A program made the translations under genes and the position numbers. Under the pieces are notes generated by a model. It was not told where the DNA came from, ran no database searches, and saw nothing but the letters and a program-made list of their open reading frames with translations. From Takakia lepidozioides (taxonomy: Eukaryota; Plantae; Bryophyta): DNA of 64,000 nt. The stretch covers positions 2,108,001-2,172,000 of the forward strand of contig CM060733.1 of NCBI GenBank assembly GCA_030704615.1, written 5' to 3'. Positions within the stretch are counted from its first letter, which is position 1. Each line of letters starts with the position of its first letter. This document shows positions 1-11,975 of the stretch, piece by piece.

Positions 1-1346
1 GTTGTCCGCCGCTGGCAGCTCGAAGGGGGCAGGTAGGTTCGGGGGGGAAAGAGCAAGAGAAAGAGAAAGAAACAAAAAGAAAGAGAGAAGATAGAAAGAA
101 ACACTTCCATGATTCGAGGGGGGAGGCAGCCGAGTCACATGAATACCAGTCCCGAGTCGCAGGCTGCGCTTGATTGTGGAGACACCCGTATGGATAAGTT
201 CATCGCAGTGAGAAGAGCAGAAGGCCGACGAATAAATGGACTGCGTCCAGCTGCAGGGAAGCGAAGTGAATCCACTCACCCTTGGAAGTGCCCTGGTAGC
301 AGCAGATCCTTCTCGTCCATAATGGCAAGAATCTTTGTTGACGGGGATAAATTGGAGCCAAGGCCTGGACAGTCTTCAATGAAAGCCCCCATGTGATCCC
401 AGCATGAGGGTGAAGAGACAGATGTGCGAGCCGTGCTCGAAATTGTCAATCTTAGTGCGGAAAGTAGGGATTGGGCTGTTGTCAATTGGATTTTTTGCCA
501 TGAAGATGTCAATGTCATTTGCAGTTATCCATAAGGATTCCATATTGATGCCGTCATTTGCCGTGACAAGAAAGGAAGGGGAGGGAAGTCGCCTGTAAAT
601 CATGGAGTGATGCAGGTAGACTTGGGGTCAGCTTGAGAGAGGTTAAGTGGACAACCTTTAAGAGCAAGGGCTGGGAAGGGCTGAGCAGAACCAGGAGCTG
701 ACTAGGAGCCCTGAGCTGGTAGGAGCTGACGGAGCAGAACCAGGAGCAGGCATCTCTGCTGCATGGCTTTGGAGATTGACGAGCATGCAAGCTGCTCATG
801 CGCAACCCTTTGATCAGGTCTTTGATCGGCCGAATCGGCCAACACCCCACACCACCTCCTTGTTCCTGCTTGCTCGCGCAGGCTTGGCCATCGCTGCCCT
901 CGTCTGCGTCCGCCTTGCTTCTCTCCTGGGCAATGACGAACATGAAGCCCCGTGAGAGCAAAGACCCGGAGTCCATAGTCGAGGAACGGCCTCGGGAACC
1001 CGTAGATAACCTGGGAACAGGTTGTAATGACGAGAACGTTTGGGTGTTAAAAAAAAATAAAATAAAAATCTTTTGATCTAATTTAAGGATTTAGAGCCTA
1101 ATTGGTCATATCTTTGTCAAATGGACTCTGTTTGACCCAGTTTTTGAGGGGATAGCTGCAGAAAGGGAAATCTACCTATCTAGACCTGGTTTTTGTTTTT
1201 GGGACTTGCTAAAAATCTATGGAATTTTTAGAGTGTGAGTGTGCCATGAAATATCCACAATCCTGTTTCTAGAACCTGTGCTGGCCTATATGAGAGACAA
1301 ACCTGTGGATGTACTCCTTGTATGGCTGGGGGAAATGAGGACGTAA

Positions 1347-2064
1347 TTGAAGGGCAGGTCTCTTCTCTTAGCCTGTGCACACAAGGGGACAGATTATGTT
1401 TCCCAAGGAACTCAGACTGATTTGAGTGGAGAACAGTTGGACGAGTTGATTGCATACTGGGAGTCAGGCATTAGCAGTAGACAACAGACTGTAGTTGGCA
1501 TTGAGGGCCTCAATATCGCCTTGGACAGTCAGAACTCTGTTGGAGCCAGCAGTTCTGCAGCTGTAGGTGAAATACCAAAGTGGGTGAAAGCTAGGCTTGG
1601 AACACAGCCAAAGACAGCCCGGGGACCAAGGTGTTCAGCCACAAGGCCGTGGTGTACTGGAGCAGAGGAGCAGGAGCTACACAAGTTTGTGCAATCAGAC
1701 AGGTTGCAGCCGGATACGCTCTGCACAGGGCAACCACGAGCGGGGGTTCATCAGCAATGACATGTTTGTTGTGCGTGAAGGAGATGCAGTCATTCGCAAT
1801 GAGGACACCCGCAACCGTCTCAAAGCTTTCGAGTTGAGAGACTATCAGACCCTACCTTTGTTTTCTTTAGTGTTCAGTGAGCGGGAGATAGGGGAGTATT
1901 GCTTTGTCTCTACCTGGCAGAAAGAGGAGGAGGGTTGGTTAGAGCGAGCTACTGTAGCTTGGGACAAGGTTAGTGGCAGGTTTCTGGACATAGATATACC
2001 TCCTACACCTTACCATCATGCAGAGCGAGGCACTTTGAGAGAAGTCTGGAAGTTGATAGCATAG
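1347..2064 (+). CDS. Additional ORF upstream of gag, unknown function (two overlapping frames, one frameshift near 1730)
   Basis: ORFs 1347-1760 and 1597-2064 overlap and join into a protein-like sequence (...GFISNDMFVVREGDAVIRNEDTRNRLKAFELRDY...WDKVSGRFLDID...). No family recognised. Confidence 0.4.
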
Positions 2065-2580
2065 ATCAGGATTAGATCTTGCTTGGGCGGGCTTCTATTC
2101 TTCCCCTCCATCTCTGTACTATTTTCATTACCTTGTACTTGTAGTTGCCAAAGCCTCTCTTGGTGGAGGCCAGTCAGTCCGGGGTTTTGGGCTGGGATTC
2201 TGCAGGATCAGCATTGCAGCTGGATTTTGGTGTGGGGGTGTTGATGTTTTGATTTCTTGTGTTTGGATCCCCCCAACACCTGCATGCTTGACTGTGCGCC
2301 ATGTTGGTTTTGTGTGGGCGCTTGCTTTCATAGGGATTAGGCCGGATTTGATCACCGGTCAATCCTAGAGTATGCTGTCGGTGGTGAGGCTGGAGTGATG
2401 ACCAGCAAGACCACCAGTGTTTCTTCTATGGTGAGGCTGGGTTGATGACCAGCCAACCATAGGAGTTCTTGCGGTGGATGCAGGTGCAGGTGCCCTGAGC
2501 CATTGGGATATGACCCTTAGACTGCAACAGGTGCCCACCCGTGTCACTATTAGATTAGTACTAGAGCCTTATAGTGTCAC

Positions 2581-4500
2581 GTGGAGGAGGTGCACATTGT
2601 GAGTGTCATTACGGAGTTACCCAAGGGTTTTGAGGGGAGTACGGCTACAGGCAGTAACAGTGAGAGTGGGTTCACAAGACGAGGTATTCGGTTCAGACCA
2701 CCTTCACCGCCACCCTCAATTACTGTAGAGTCAGACACAGACTCGGAGGCTTCATCAACAGGTGTGCACTTTCATTCGCCATTGTTGTGGGACGACATGG
2801 AGGAGATGTATGGAGCTACCAAGGGGCCTCGTAGGTACTCTGGAGCTGTGGGCACAATCGAGTTGGATGACTTTATCCAGGAGTCGACAGCTGGTGTGAT
2901 TTGCAGCAGATGCGCAATCCACAGCTATTCACCCCATTCATGGCGTGGAAGGGACTGTTCCAGCATTTGGAAGGCCCGCCTATGGACGATTACCACGAGT
3001 TCAGGCGAGGACATGAAGCAGAGATTGAGGAGTGGAGGATGTATTGGTCACCTGACTACGTCTCCATTACTCGAGGCACGACGCGACCAGTAGCTGCATC
3101 AGTACCAATAGCTCCCACTGCCAGCACTAGTAGTGGAGCAAGTAGTGGGGTACTTCTGCAGGTGGTACCAGTTCAAAAGGTGCTACTACTCCTCCTGCCA
3201 CGACTACAACACATGTGCCTAGATTCAACCCGGTGGTGGAGTTCTTCCAGGAGTTGCGGAGGAACTACCAAGGTGTACGGACAGAGAAGCTGCGAAGTTT
3301 GCAAGACTTCCAGCGCAAACCCAGTGAGAGCCTGCGAGAGGCGTACACTCGTATGAGGCGCTTGATAAGTGTGACCCAAGGGGTTACTGAAGCTCAGGCA
3401 ATCCAGTTTTGGTATGGAATTCTGGACAAGGAGCTCAAGAGAAGGGTGCGAGATGCAACCCTGTTACAAGCAGCCCAACCCACATTAGCAGATGTGTTTC
3501 TGCTGGCTGAGCGGATTGAGCTCAACATGGTGGAGGAGCGAGTTGTTACAATTGGATTTGGCAAGGACATGCCTGTACGGGGCACAGCTGTCAGCCCACA
3601 GGCACAAGGGACTGCCCAACAGCGTGGTCAGGGGGGCAAGGTTTGCCCAGCCCAAGTTCCATGGAGCTTACAGGGGACCTCAGGTGCAGAGGCCCGTGGC
3701 ATCTTTTGCAGGCCAACAGCAACCAGGGGTGATATGTTGGACATGTGGGGGACCCCATGTCAAAGAGATTGCCCAGAGAGTGGCAGAAGGCCGGCACAAG
3801 CACAGCCTGCACAGTTGCAGTGTGGGCATTGTGGCAAGTATGGGCATGGAGATGCCCAGTGTTATGACTTGCATCCTGAGTTGCGCCCAGGCCAGTTCCA
3901 AGGGAACAATGGTGGCCGGGGGCGAGGTGGACCAGCCCAAAGAGGACGAGGTGGTCGGGCACGAGGTGCAGGCCAAGGGCAAGCTCCACATGGCCAAGGA
4001 CGCGGAGGTCAGGGTGTTGACCAAGGCATGGCCAATCGGCTTCAGCAGCTAGAGCAGAGGCTCGCTGCCATGGCTATAGCTCAGGCCGGCTCCCAGGCGG
4101 GATGGCCACCTCCTGCTCCTGAGGGAGGAGATATGGGAGGCATGGGATTCATGTGCGGAGCAGCACTACCACTAGAGCAGGTGGAGTCTGCTGCAGCCGT
4201 GACTCGAGGAGCAGCACGAGTTCCTGAGCCACGAGGTGCAGAGGTGGAGTTGGATCCACAACGTGGGGAGGCAAGCCGTCAGGCGAGGCTTCCTCAGTCA
4301 TTCACTTGGCGGAGACTGTGTCAACGCCATCCATGGCACCTAGTTCTCGCCCGACTGTTACCGAGGCGGAGGTTACTATGCCATTGGGGAGAGCTACACG
4401 TGCAGCACTGACACCTGCTACCAAGGCTAGTGCAGCCGGTGTGTTATTGGGGGCAGCCACCTCTGTGTGTCAAGCCCCACTGTTCTCGGCAACCATGATT
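2581..4500 (+). CDS. gag: Retrotransposon Gag with two zinc knuckles (frameshifted)
   Basis: Capsid-like segment FFQELRRNYQG...LQDFQRKPSESLREAYTRMRRL. CCHC knuckle CGHCGKYGHGDAQC at ~3821-3862 and a frameshifted knuckle CWTCGGPH..RDC at ~3735-3772. RGG-rich tail. Confidence 0.85.
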
Positions 4501-4756
4501 GCGACGCCGGGGTGAGACCAGCTGCAGTTCAGACTAGCAGCAACACTCTGTGAGAGTGGGGAGGTCACTTCATCTTCTGCGGAGTTAGTGGAAGGTGTAG
4601 TGGCAGAGGGATCCTCGGATTTGAGGGTCAAGACTGCCACGGCTGCGCCTGGCAAGCTGCAGCTGCCAGGTTGACGGAGCTGCCAGCTAGGCCAGCCTTT
4701 GAGCGCGCCATGGTGACACCTGGAGTTGTCTTGTTAGACAACCAGGAGGCATTTTC

Positions 4757-5100
4757 TTGAGTGGACCGGCAGGCAAGAAGTACCGGCCACTGCGGGTCTT
4801 GTTGGACTCAGGAGCTCAGCCACTGATGTTGGGCAGAGCTGCTATTGCAGGTTTGGGCCTCATGGAGGCGGATATGGAGCCTTGTCCTTTCCAGATACAG
4901 ACATCTCTGGGAGGATCAGAGCAGGCTCGGGGCATGACACGGCATCAGTTGGCATTAGACTGCAGCCGGATCATCCTGTAGATGGCTCAGTGATGCGAGC
5001 CAAGGCCATTGTGACAGACGCGGTCTCTTACGATGTCCTCGTTGGTGGGGCAGTGTTATACCCCATGGGCTTCACCCTGGACTTTCTGGGAGGAGTCAGC
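4757..5100 (+). CDS. Retroviral-type aspartic protease (frameshifted)
   Basis: VLLDSGAQPLM active-site motif; YDVLVG motif in the next frame. Confidence 0.85.
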
Positions 5101-5939
5101 ATCCTACAGGCCTGGATGGCAGTCAGGGGATGGTCGTCGTGCACAGCTCCCTGTGACATTCATTGGGGGTATTGCGGCTGCCCAGCGGGGCAAGATGCCA
5201 ACACTAGCCGCCTTACAGCTGCAGTTAGTTGGCCTGGAGAGTTGCTGGAAGGCAATGCCCATGCAGAGGATGTGCCACCTCCAGCAGAGCAGGATGACAT
5301 GCATGGTACGGCGGAGTTGCCTGCCATGGTTGCTCACACTCCATTGTGGGGTACGAGCAAGGATTTGCAGCAAGCTGCTGATAGACGGGTGCAACAAGCT
5401 TGGGTAGAAGCTTTTGTACCGTCATGATTCTCATGTCATTGGACACCACCCTCTTGTGTGGCACCGGATGAAGGCATAGACTTTTTGGCGGGATCAGTGG
5501 AGCTGCAGTGCTGCAGGCAGGTGGGGCGACTGCACGACGCGTCTCACTGCGCCAGGATGGCAGCCCGAGACGGACAACCAGCGAGTGGGGGCGAGCCGTG
5601 AGGACCACGGGGTGTAGACATCCATGGCACACGTGGGAGGTGCTCGAGCTGGCAGCTGTGATGGATGAGGTTGGGGATTCTCGGGTGAGGAGGTTCTCAA
5701 TGATGAGATGATGGCAGAGCTTGTCATTGACTGAGTGCTCAAGAGGTTGCATACACCACGGGACGCGTCCTCTACCTCTAAGCCCACTGGACTTAAGGTT
5801 GCAGTTACGGAGGACAATTGGGAGCCTGACATTGGACCCATTGTCACCGGAGGAGAGAGAGACGACGTATACGGCGGTTCCTGAGGGCTTACAGGAATTG
5901 CTTTGCCTTCAGTTTGAAGGACTTGGGAGCACTGAAGGG

Positions 5940-7250
5940 TCAAGAGATTCGCATTGAATTGGCTACTGACACGCCAATCTTTCGGAGACCCTATAGATAC
6001 AGTGACATGGAGAGGTCTTGATTCAGATGAGAACTCAGGATCTTTGGGAGGCAGGTTTGGTGGAGCTCTCTGGTGGAGAGTATTTCAGCCACAGTGATGC
6101 CAGCCAAGAAGGATGTCTATGGCAATTGGACGGAGAGACGTATGTGCGGTGATTACCGGCCTGTAAATCGTCAGACCAAGTCCGATAGGTATGCCATGCC
6201 GACACCAGAGGAGATCTTTGATGCCATTGGGCATTCCAAGGTCTTTAGCACGTTGGATTTACGATCCGGATATCACCAGTTGCCGATCAAGGAGGCGGAT
6301 AAGCAAAAGACGGCATTCTGGGGGATCAATGAGCACGGGAAGGATTGCCTATACCAGTGGCGGTTCTTACCATTTGGGCTTAAAAACGCTCCCGCTGAGT
6401 TTCAAAGAGTCATGGACAGGATTCTAGCAGGGGTGGAGTTTGCTCGGTGCTACATAGATGACATCATCATCTTTAGTGCTACGGTGGAGGAGCATGAGAG
6501 ACACCTTCAGGGGGTATTTGAGCGCTTGAGGACGCACGGATTGAAGTTACATCCGGGCAAGTGCAAGTTTTTCCACAACCAGATTGAGTATCTGGGTCAC
6601 ATGATATATCCTGGAGGATTGGGGGTACAGCAGACTAAGGTAGAGTCCATTGCACAGGTTCCACGCCCCACGGATGTGAGCCGAGTTCGAGCTTTCATGG
6701 GGTTAGCAAACTATTACAGACGGTTTGTTAAGGGATTTAGTGCCATTGCAAAGGCTCTAACCAAGCTGACCAAGGTGGACCAGGAGTGGCAGTGGGAAGA
6801 TGAGCAAGAACAAGCTTTTCAAGAGCTCAAGGCGAGGTTGACCTCGGCGCCCATCTTGAGACGACCTATCAGGGGGCGTCCTTTTCAGCTGCATACAGAT
6901 TGGAGCATGCTGGGGCTTGGAGCGGTGCTCACACAGGTGGATGATGAGGGAAGAGAGTTCGTAGTGGCTTATGCTAGCCGCTCGAACAATGCTGCAGAGT
7001 CTAAGTATAGCTCATATGAGGGAGAATGCTTAGCTGCAGTGTGGGCCGTGGCACACTTCAGGTGCTATCTATACGGCAATCTCTTCACCTTGTCACGGAT
7101 CACCAAACCACTCAAGTGGTTGATGGAGTCAGACAAGCTTACGGGGAAGCTTGCACGGTGGGCACTCATCCTTCAAGAGTATGACTTTCAGGTGGTGCAT
7201 CGACCGGGTTTGGTCAATCGCAATGCAGATGGGTTGAGTCGCAATCCATG
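5940..7250 (+). CDS. pol: Reverse transcriptase and RNase H of gypsy pol
   Basis: RMCGDYRPVN, LDLRSGYHQ, LPFGLKNAP, YIDDII. RNase H motifs LHTDWS, YEGECLAAVWA, NADGLSR. Main ORF 6073-7503. Confidence 0.95.
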
Positions 7251-7499
7251 CACGAGCCAGCAGGATGACACTGGAGCTCGGTGGCATGGTGAGACGGACG
7301 AGGAGATGGTGCCCGGATGGCATGCATCTGCATTTCTGTGTATCTTGGCAGCGGAAGGCCAGGTTGGACCTGCAACAGGGATGACTGTAGATCAAGTGTC
7401 TGAGGACCCTGAGGCCAGCAATGAGCAAGGTGGCGCCAAAGATATACATGAGGATTCAGTTGTGTTGGACTACCTCCGCACTGGAGACACGCAGCCACT

Positions 7500-8884
7500 G
7501 TGACTGCCAAGGAGAGGGATCGGATCCTACAACGAGCCAAGAGGTTCAAGTGGGAGGGGACACACCTGCTCCGAGTGTGGGAGGATGGTCGAGTGAGGAT
7601 TGTGCCTCACCCAACACAGCGGGCACGGTTAGTGCGGCATGCCCATGAGGAGTTGGGGCATTTTGGGGTGCGACGCACTCATAGTCTACTGCAGGGGCAG
7701 TATTGGTGGCGTGGTATGCACACAGAGGTGCAACAATTTGTGGCTAGGTGCATGGTGTGTGACAGGGTGCGTGCTTCATTCAACGCCCCTACTCCACAAT
7801 TGCACCCTCTTCCGATCATGGGATTGGGCTACAGGTGGAGTCTTGACTTCGCAGGGCCGTTGCCACTGACCATGCGCCACAACAAGTACGTGTTGGTGAT
7901 GGTGGAGCACTTCTCCAAGTGGATTGAATTGGTTCCATTGCCTGATAAGGCTAGTGAGGGAGCTGCGTATGCATTCTTGGATTGTGTGCTTAGCCGATTC
8001 GGTGCTCCAGCTGAGGTACTCACGGACCAAGGGAGAGAGTTCTTGGGGGAGTTTCAGGCTTTGTGTGACAAGGCCTTGATAGACCACCGCACCACTTCTC
8101 GGGATCATCCTGAGGCCGATGGCTTGGCAGAGAGAGTTGTTCAGACAGTAAAAGAGGGTTTGCGCAAGTATGGCTTGCAGAAGGGACACCTAGGAGATTG
8201 GGACCTTCAGTTACCTGGTTAGCCATGGGCTACAGGTTCAGCAAGCAAGCATCACTTGCCTCCTTCTCACCATACTTTCTTCTCTTTGGCCGAGAGCCGG
8301 ATTTGCCTACATCCATTCGCAGAGAAGCTGCTACAGTTCTTAACCTTGACGATCCGGACGTGTGGGCACGTGCATGTGAGCAGCGTGCAGAGTTGTTCAA
8401 GAGAGTCATGCCCATGGCTTTCGAGAACCTGCCATTGCACACACCGTGATACGTTGAGGTATGCTACCATACGTGGTGGGGGCTATCGTCCTGGGGTTCG
8501 GAGATTCAACCCTGGTGACTATGTCTATCTGCAGCAGACTGCTCCTACGACCCTGGATGTGACTGCAGGACGTGTTATTTTGAGCAGGGTTCGAGAGTCT
8601 TGCCCTCAGGCGTCTTGGTCTTGGAGGGTCGGGATGGCATAACTTGGAAGGACCATGTACGTAATTGTGCGCCATGTCACCTTCCGAATGTCGATGGCAG
8701 GATTGACCCAAACCTGGCAGTGGTATCTGCAGGTTTGAGGTGCATGTTGTGTGGGTCTGCTAAAGGGGCAGCCACCATGCTGGTGTGCGATCGATGCTCT
8801 AGAGGTTGGCATATGGGATGCTTGTCTCCACCTCTTGAGATGGTTCCAGATGGGGATTGGTTATGTCCACATTGCATTGGATAG
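7500..8884 (+). CDS. Integrase (HHCC + DDE core) with C-terminal PHD finger (frameshifted)
   Basis: HEELGH...CMVC zinc motif; WSLDFAGP, LTDQGREF, GLAERVVQT. C4HC3 PHD finger CMLC...CDRCSRGWHMGC...WLCPHC at 8741-8878, stop at 8884. Confidence 0.9.
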
Positions 8885-9133
8885 TGGGAGTGGATACAAC
8901 CATGGAAGGCTAACAAGCAACGCAAGGCCCAGCTACTAGGAGACCTTGAACACACGAGATCCTGGCTCAAGTTCACAGATTGCAAGACGGCGACTAACGA
9001 TGGGGCTACTCTTGTACCCGGCCCCTTGGTCTATAGAGTTTGAGTACAATAGGAACAGTGATAGAGGACTTAGTACGGCTCTGGCTATTACGTCTTGTAG
9101 CTATCTGGAGGTAGAGGGACCTATCCACCAGCT

Positions 9134-9140
9134 AGGGGGG
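9134..9140 (+). promoter_or_regulatory. Polypurine tract (plus-strand primer) of the gypsy element
   Basis: AGGGGGG immediately before the terminal repeat region. Confidence 0.7.
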
Positions 9141-9144
9141 CGAT

Positions 9145-9672
9145 TGTGGTAGACTACTTTATTGTGCATATATGTGTGGTGTGGTTTGGACAGCGATGTA
9201 GGTTGTAGCGATATGTATGCGCACGACAGCTGTCAAGTTAAATAAGCACAGTGTGAAAACAACTAGAATAAAACTAGTTATTTGTATTTAACACTTGGAT
9301 TTAGGTCAAGTGTTAAATCAGGTGTCAAGTTTAGTTTGACACCTGGTCCGTCTTATCTTCACGAGAGCAGCAGTCGCGCAGCTCATCTCTCTCGAGTTGA
9401 GCCTGCGCGACCGAGCTCCTTCATGCGTTTAGATTTGAGTGTGCTTATGATGGGAGTGTAGGTTGTTGTGGGGTGGAGTCCCCATAGCTTGGGGTGCCCC
9501 TGGCTCGACTTCTGTTTTAAAGAGTGATAGCGATGGATTCATGTTGTTTCTGGTGTGAGCAGTGTGTTATCTAGTTTTCTTATCGATTGTGGTAGACTAC
9601 TTTATTGTGCATATATGTGTGGTGTGGTTTGGACAGCGATGTAGTTGTGTAGCGATATGTATGCGCACGACA
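9145..9672 (+). repeat. 3' LTR region with an ~89-bp direct repeat at both ends (9141-9229 and 9584-9673); the LTR starts at either 9145 or 9231
   Basis: CGATTGTGGTAGACTAC...GCGCACGACAG occurs twice. Ends ...ACGACA at 9672. 9231 begins TGTC, the inverse of the terminal GACA. Several internal hairpins. Confidence 0.75.
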
Positions 9673-11863
9673 GAAACGATAATGCCACCATGCTAGCCAA
9701 CTGACCATTGCTCCCTCGTCTGATTTCCTTACAGCACCTGACGATGTCCACCAAGCCCGTATACATGCAAACTGTGTTTCTGCATCATCCAAGGTGGGAG
9801 CGCGCTTCCACGCAAGACACATGGAACGGTGCTCCTCTCTGAAATCTGGCGCCACGAGCCTGGTTGTGTACTGCGAAAGGCTCTGCAGAAAATGGAACCC
9901 ACAAGATCTCTCCTTGCCTTCCATGGGAACATTGGGGTCTTGCCCGTACACCCTTCGGATGGCAGCCCAATTTGCTTGTGCGTTGTCCGCCATGAAACCA
10001 CGGAAATTGGGAGGGGGCAATCCCGCCTTTGCCATCTGTTCGTTTATTCCCTGCCAAAGAAGCATCTCCGATTGTGTGTCCTCTCCTTTCATCTCACAAA
10101 TAGCAATTGTCATTAGCATCCTGCAGTGGGTGTCGTAGACATGTGCACCCATTGTCACCCACTGGTGATTTTGTAATTCGCTTGATATGGTCGAACATGA
10201 CCCAACTGTTTGACAAGTCCCCACTCGTCATCCTGTCGACCAGTTTGACGCCGCTGCCAGGTCCACACGTGGACATTTTGAATACGAAACAACGATCTGC
10301 CTCAGTCCCTTGTCTGGAAACCTACTTCCATGAATGTAGTCATATCCACATCGTCGCTTCACCTCCAGAATGGAGTGCATATCCGAGCCACGCCCAATTT
10401 TCTGTTTGCATGAGACAATGTGGTTTTGGACATTCGGTGAACATACGTGGGACACCGACTCCAGCAATGCCTCCATTTCCTTCTCATCGAGAGGAACTCT
10501 ATCGGAGCCGTCTTCCGACATAATTCTGGCCAATGCCATCTTATGGGCGGCTTGGAGCTGTATCTGTTTGGGTTTGGCACCCGGTCTCAACTTAACCTCC
10601 TCCTGAACGAGCTGCTCTGCCTCGTGGGCAGCCTCCCGCGAGTTCCCCCTCGCCAATTTGTGACAATGGGAACCAACGTGTATGCAAGCTCGGGTGAGGT
10701 CAGGGAAACGGTGCAACACATAGAACTGCTTGGCATTACAAACAGACATGCAATGTGGTGGTTCTTTGCAATGCGCACACTTAAATGTGGGAGTTCGGAA
10801 CCTTCTCCTGAGCTCAAAATGGTTGATGAGCTGTGCCTGTCCAATCGGTCTCGTTCCTGTGACCTCTGGATTTAAAATGGAAGCAAGTTGGGAGAAACAC
10901 CGCAACGCGCCCGCACAAACAACGTAGCGCACCCGCACACCATCGAGCATCTTCATGCTGGTGGTTTTGGTGACGCACCAAGGATGACCATCATGTTTTC
11001 TATCCATATCTGTCAACATTCCGGACGCCCTCGAGTAGTCCGTCCGAGGAGGGAACTCAAAGAAGATATTACCGTCGACGTCTGCGGGAAGGCATGTAAC
11101 CGATTTAATTGCGAACTTGCTGTAGTCCAGCCCGGCCAGCTCGAGCGGTGTCCCTCCATGTGAAGCCCTCGCAGAATTTCAAGAATAGATCGAACTGCGG
11201 TGCTCGTGCTGGGAATATGACTCCCTTGTCCACTGACGTCCATTGAGGACTTGCCTGATCTCCAGGACGACCTCGGAACTTCCATGACCTCGTCTGAGTC
11301 GGACAGGTTGTGAACAACCCGGTTCTCGCTCGTCTTCATGGATGGGTTCGGCTCTGGATTTACTTCGTTGCGGACTTCTCTCTTTGAGGTAGCCACTCTC
11401 TGATTCGCGGATTGTTTCGTGGAAGGCGCCAGGATAGAAGGTGCATTTGGCGGGCAAATGAAGTCCCCAACAGCCCTGTATATGACGTGTCCGATGGTGG
11501 AACTCGCCATTCCCTGCCATCGCCGAAATCATCGTGGAGCACAACAATACTCTCGACAACAACGCCGTTTGAGTCCTTCCTTTCCTCCTCCAAAAAAACC
11601 GACCCCGGTTTCAGGTGGTATCGAACGCACAGATATTTTCCATCACCCGGCAGATGTCCCCTTTGCACGGAAATGAAGCTCTATGCTCGTGAGGAGGGCA
11701 GTACACTGTAGCGCTCGGGTTTTCCGCCATGGGAGATGTGCACACAAGACTCCCAGGATGGCGTGCGGGCAAGCTCCCTGGTAGAAGGGGGATGCAGCGA
11801 TGGGAAGGAATGCGGTGCCGATTTGTCCGAGCGACGAAGCCTGATCCAAATCCAGGGAGCCAA
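9673..11863 (-). pseudogene. Mutator-like (MULE) transposase with WRKY/GCM1-type zinc DNA-binding domain; C-terminus cut off by the gypsy insertion
   Basis: Joined frames give LPADVDGNIFFEFP..DMDRKHDGHPW, CAGALRC...CAHC...CMSVC...CIHVGSHCH (GCM-like), first catalytic D in WVMFDHIKR, second D in FMADNAQA, and the MULE CxxH signature SCGFHF. The catalytic E is missing because the frame runs into the LTR at 9672. Confidence 0.8.
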
Positions 11864-11975
11864 CTATCTCAAAAATCCACAGTCAGAGTGTTAATGAACC
11901 TTGTCTCAGGAATGCGGCCCCTGGTCTTTGCGCAATAACTGCCAACGGTATGCAGTCAGAAAGTGGGGGGCCGTC

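Larger units (their letters stand above)
1..9672 (+). mobile_element. Ty3/gypsy LTR retrotransposon (5' LTR lies upstream of the window), order gag-PR-RT-RH-INT-PHD, many 1-bp frameshifts
   Basis: Domain order PR-RT-RH-INT is gypsy-type. Polypurine tract at 9134-9140 is followed by a TG...CA terminal region ending at 9672, where the sequence switches abruptly into MULE transposase coding sequence. That bases 1-2580 belong to the element is inferred from the absence of a second LTR copy before gag. Confidence 0.9.

Noticed and set aside
9580-9672. C-terminal end of the 214-aa MULE ORF (CRAHTYRYTT...)
   Set aside because: Read-through into the gypsy LTR, not transposase sequence.
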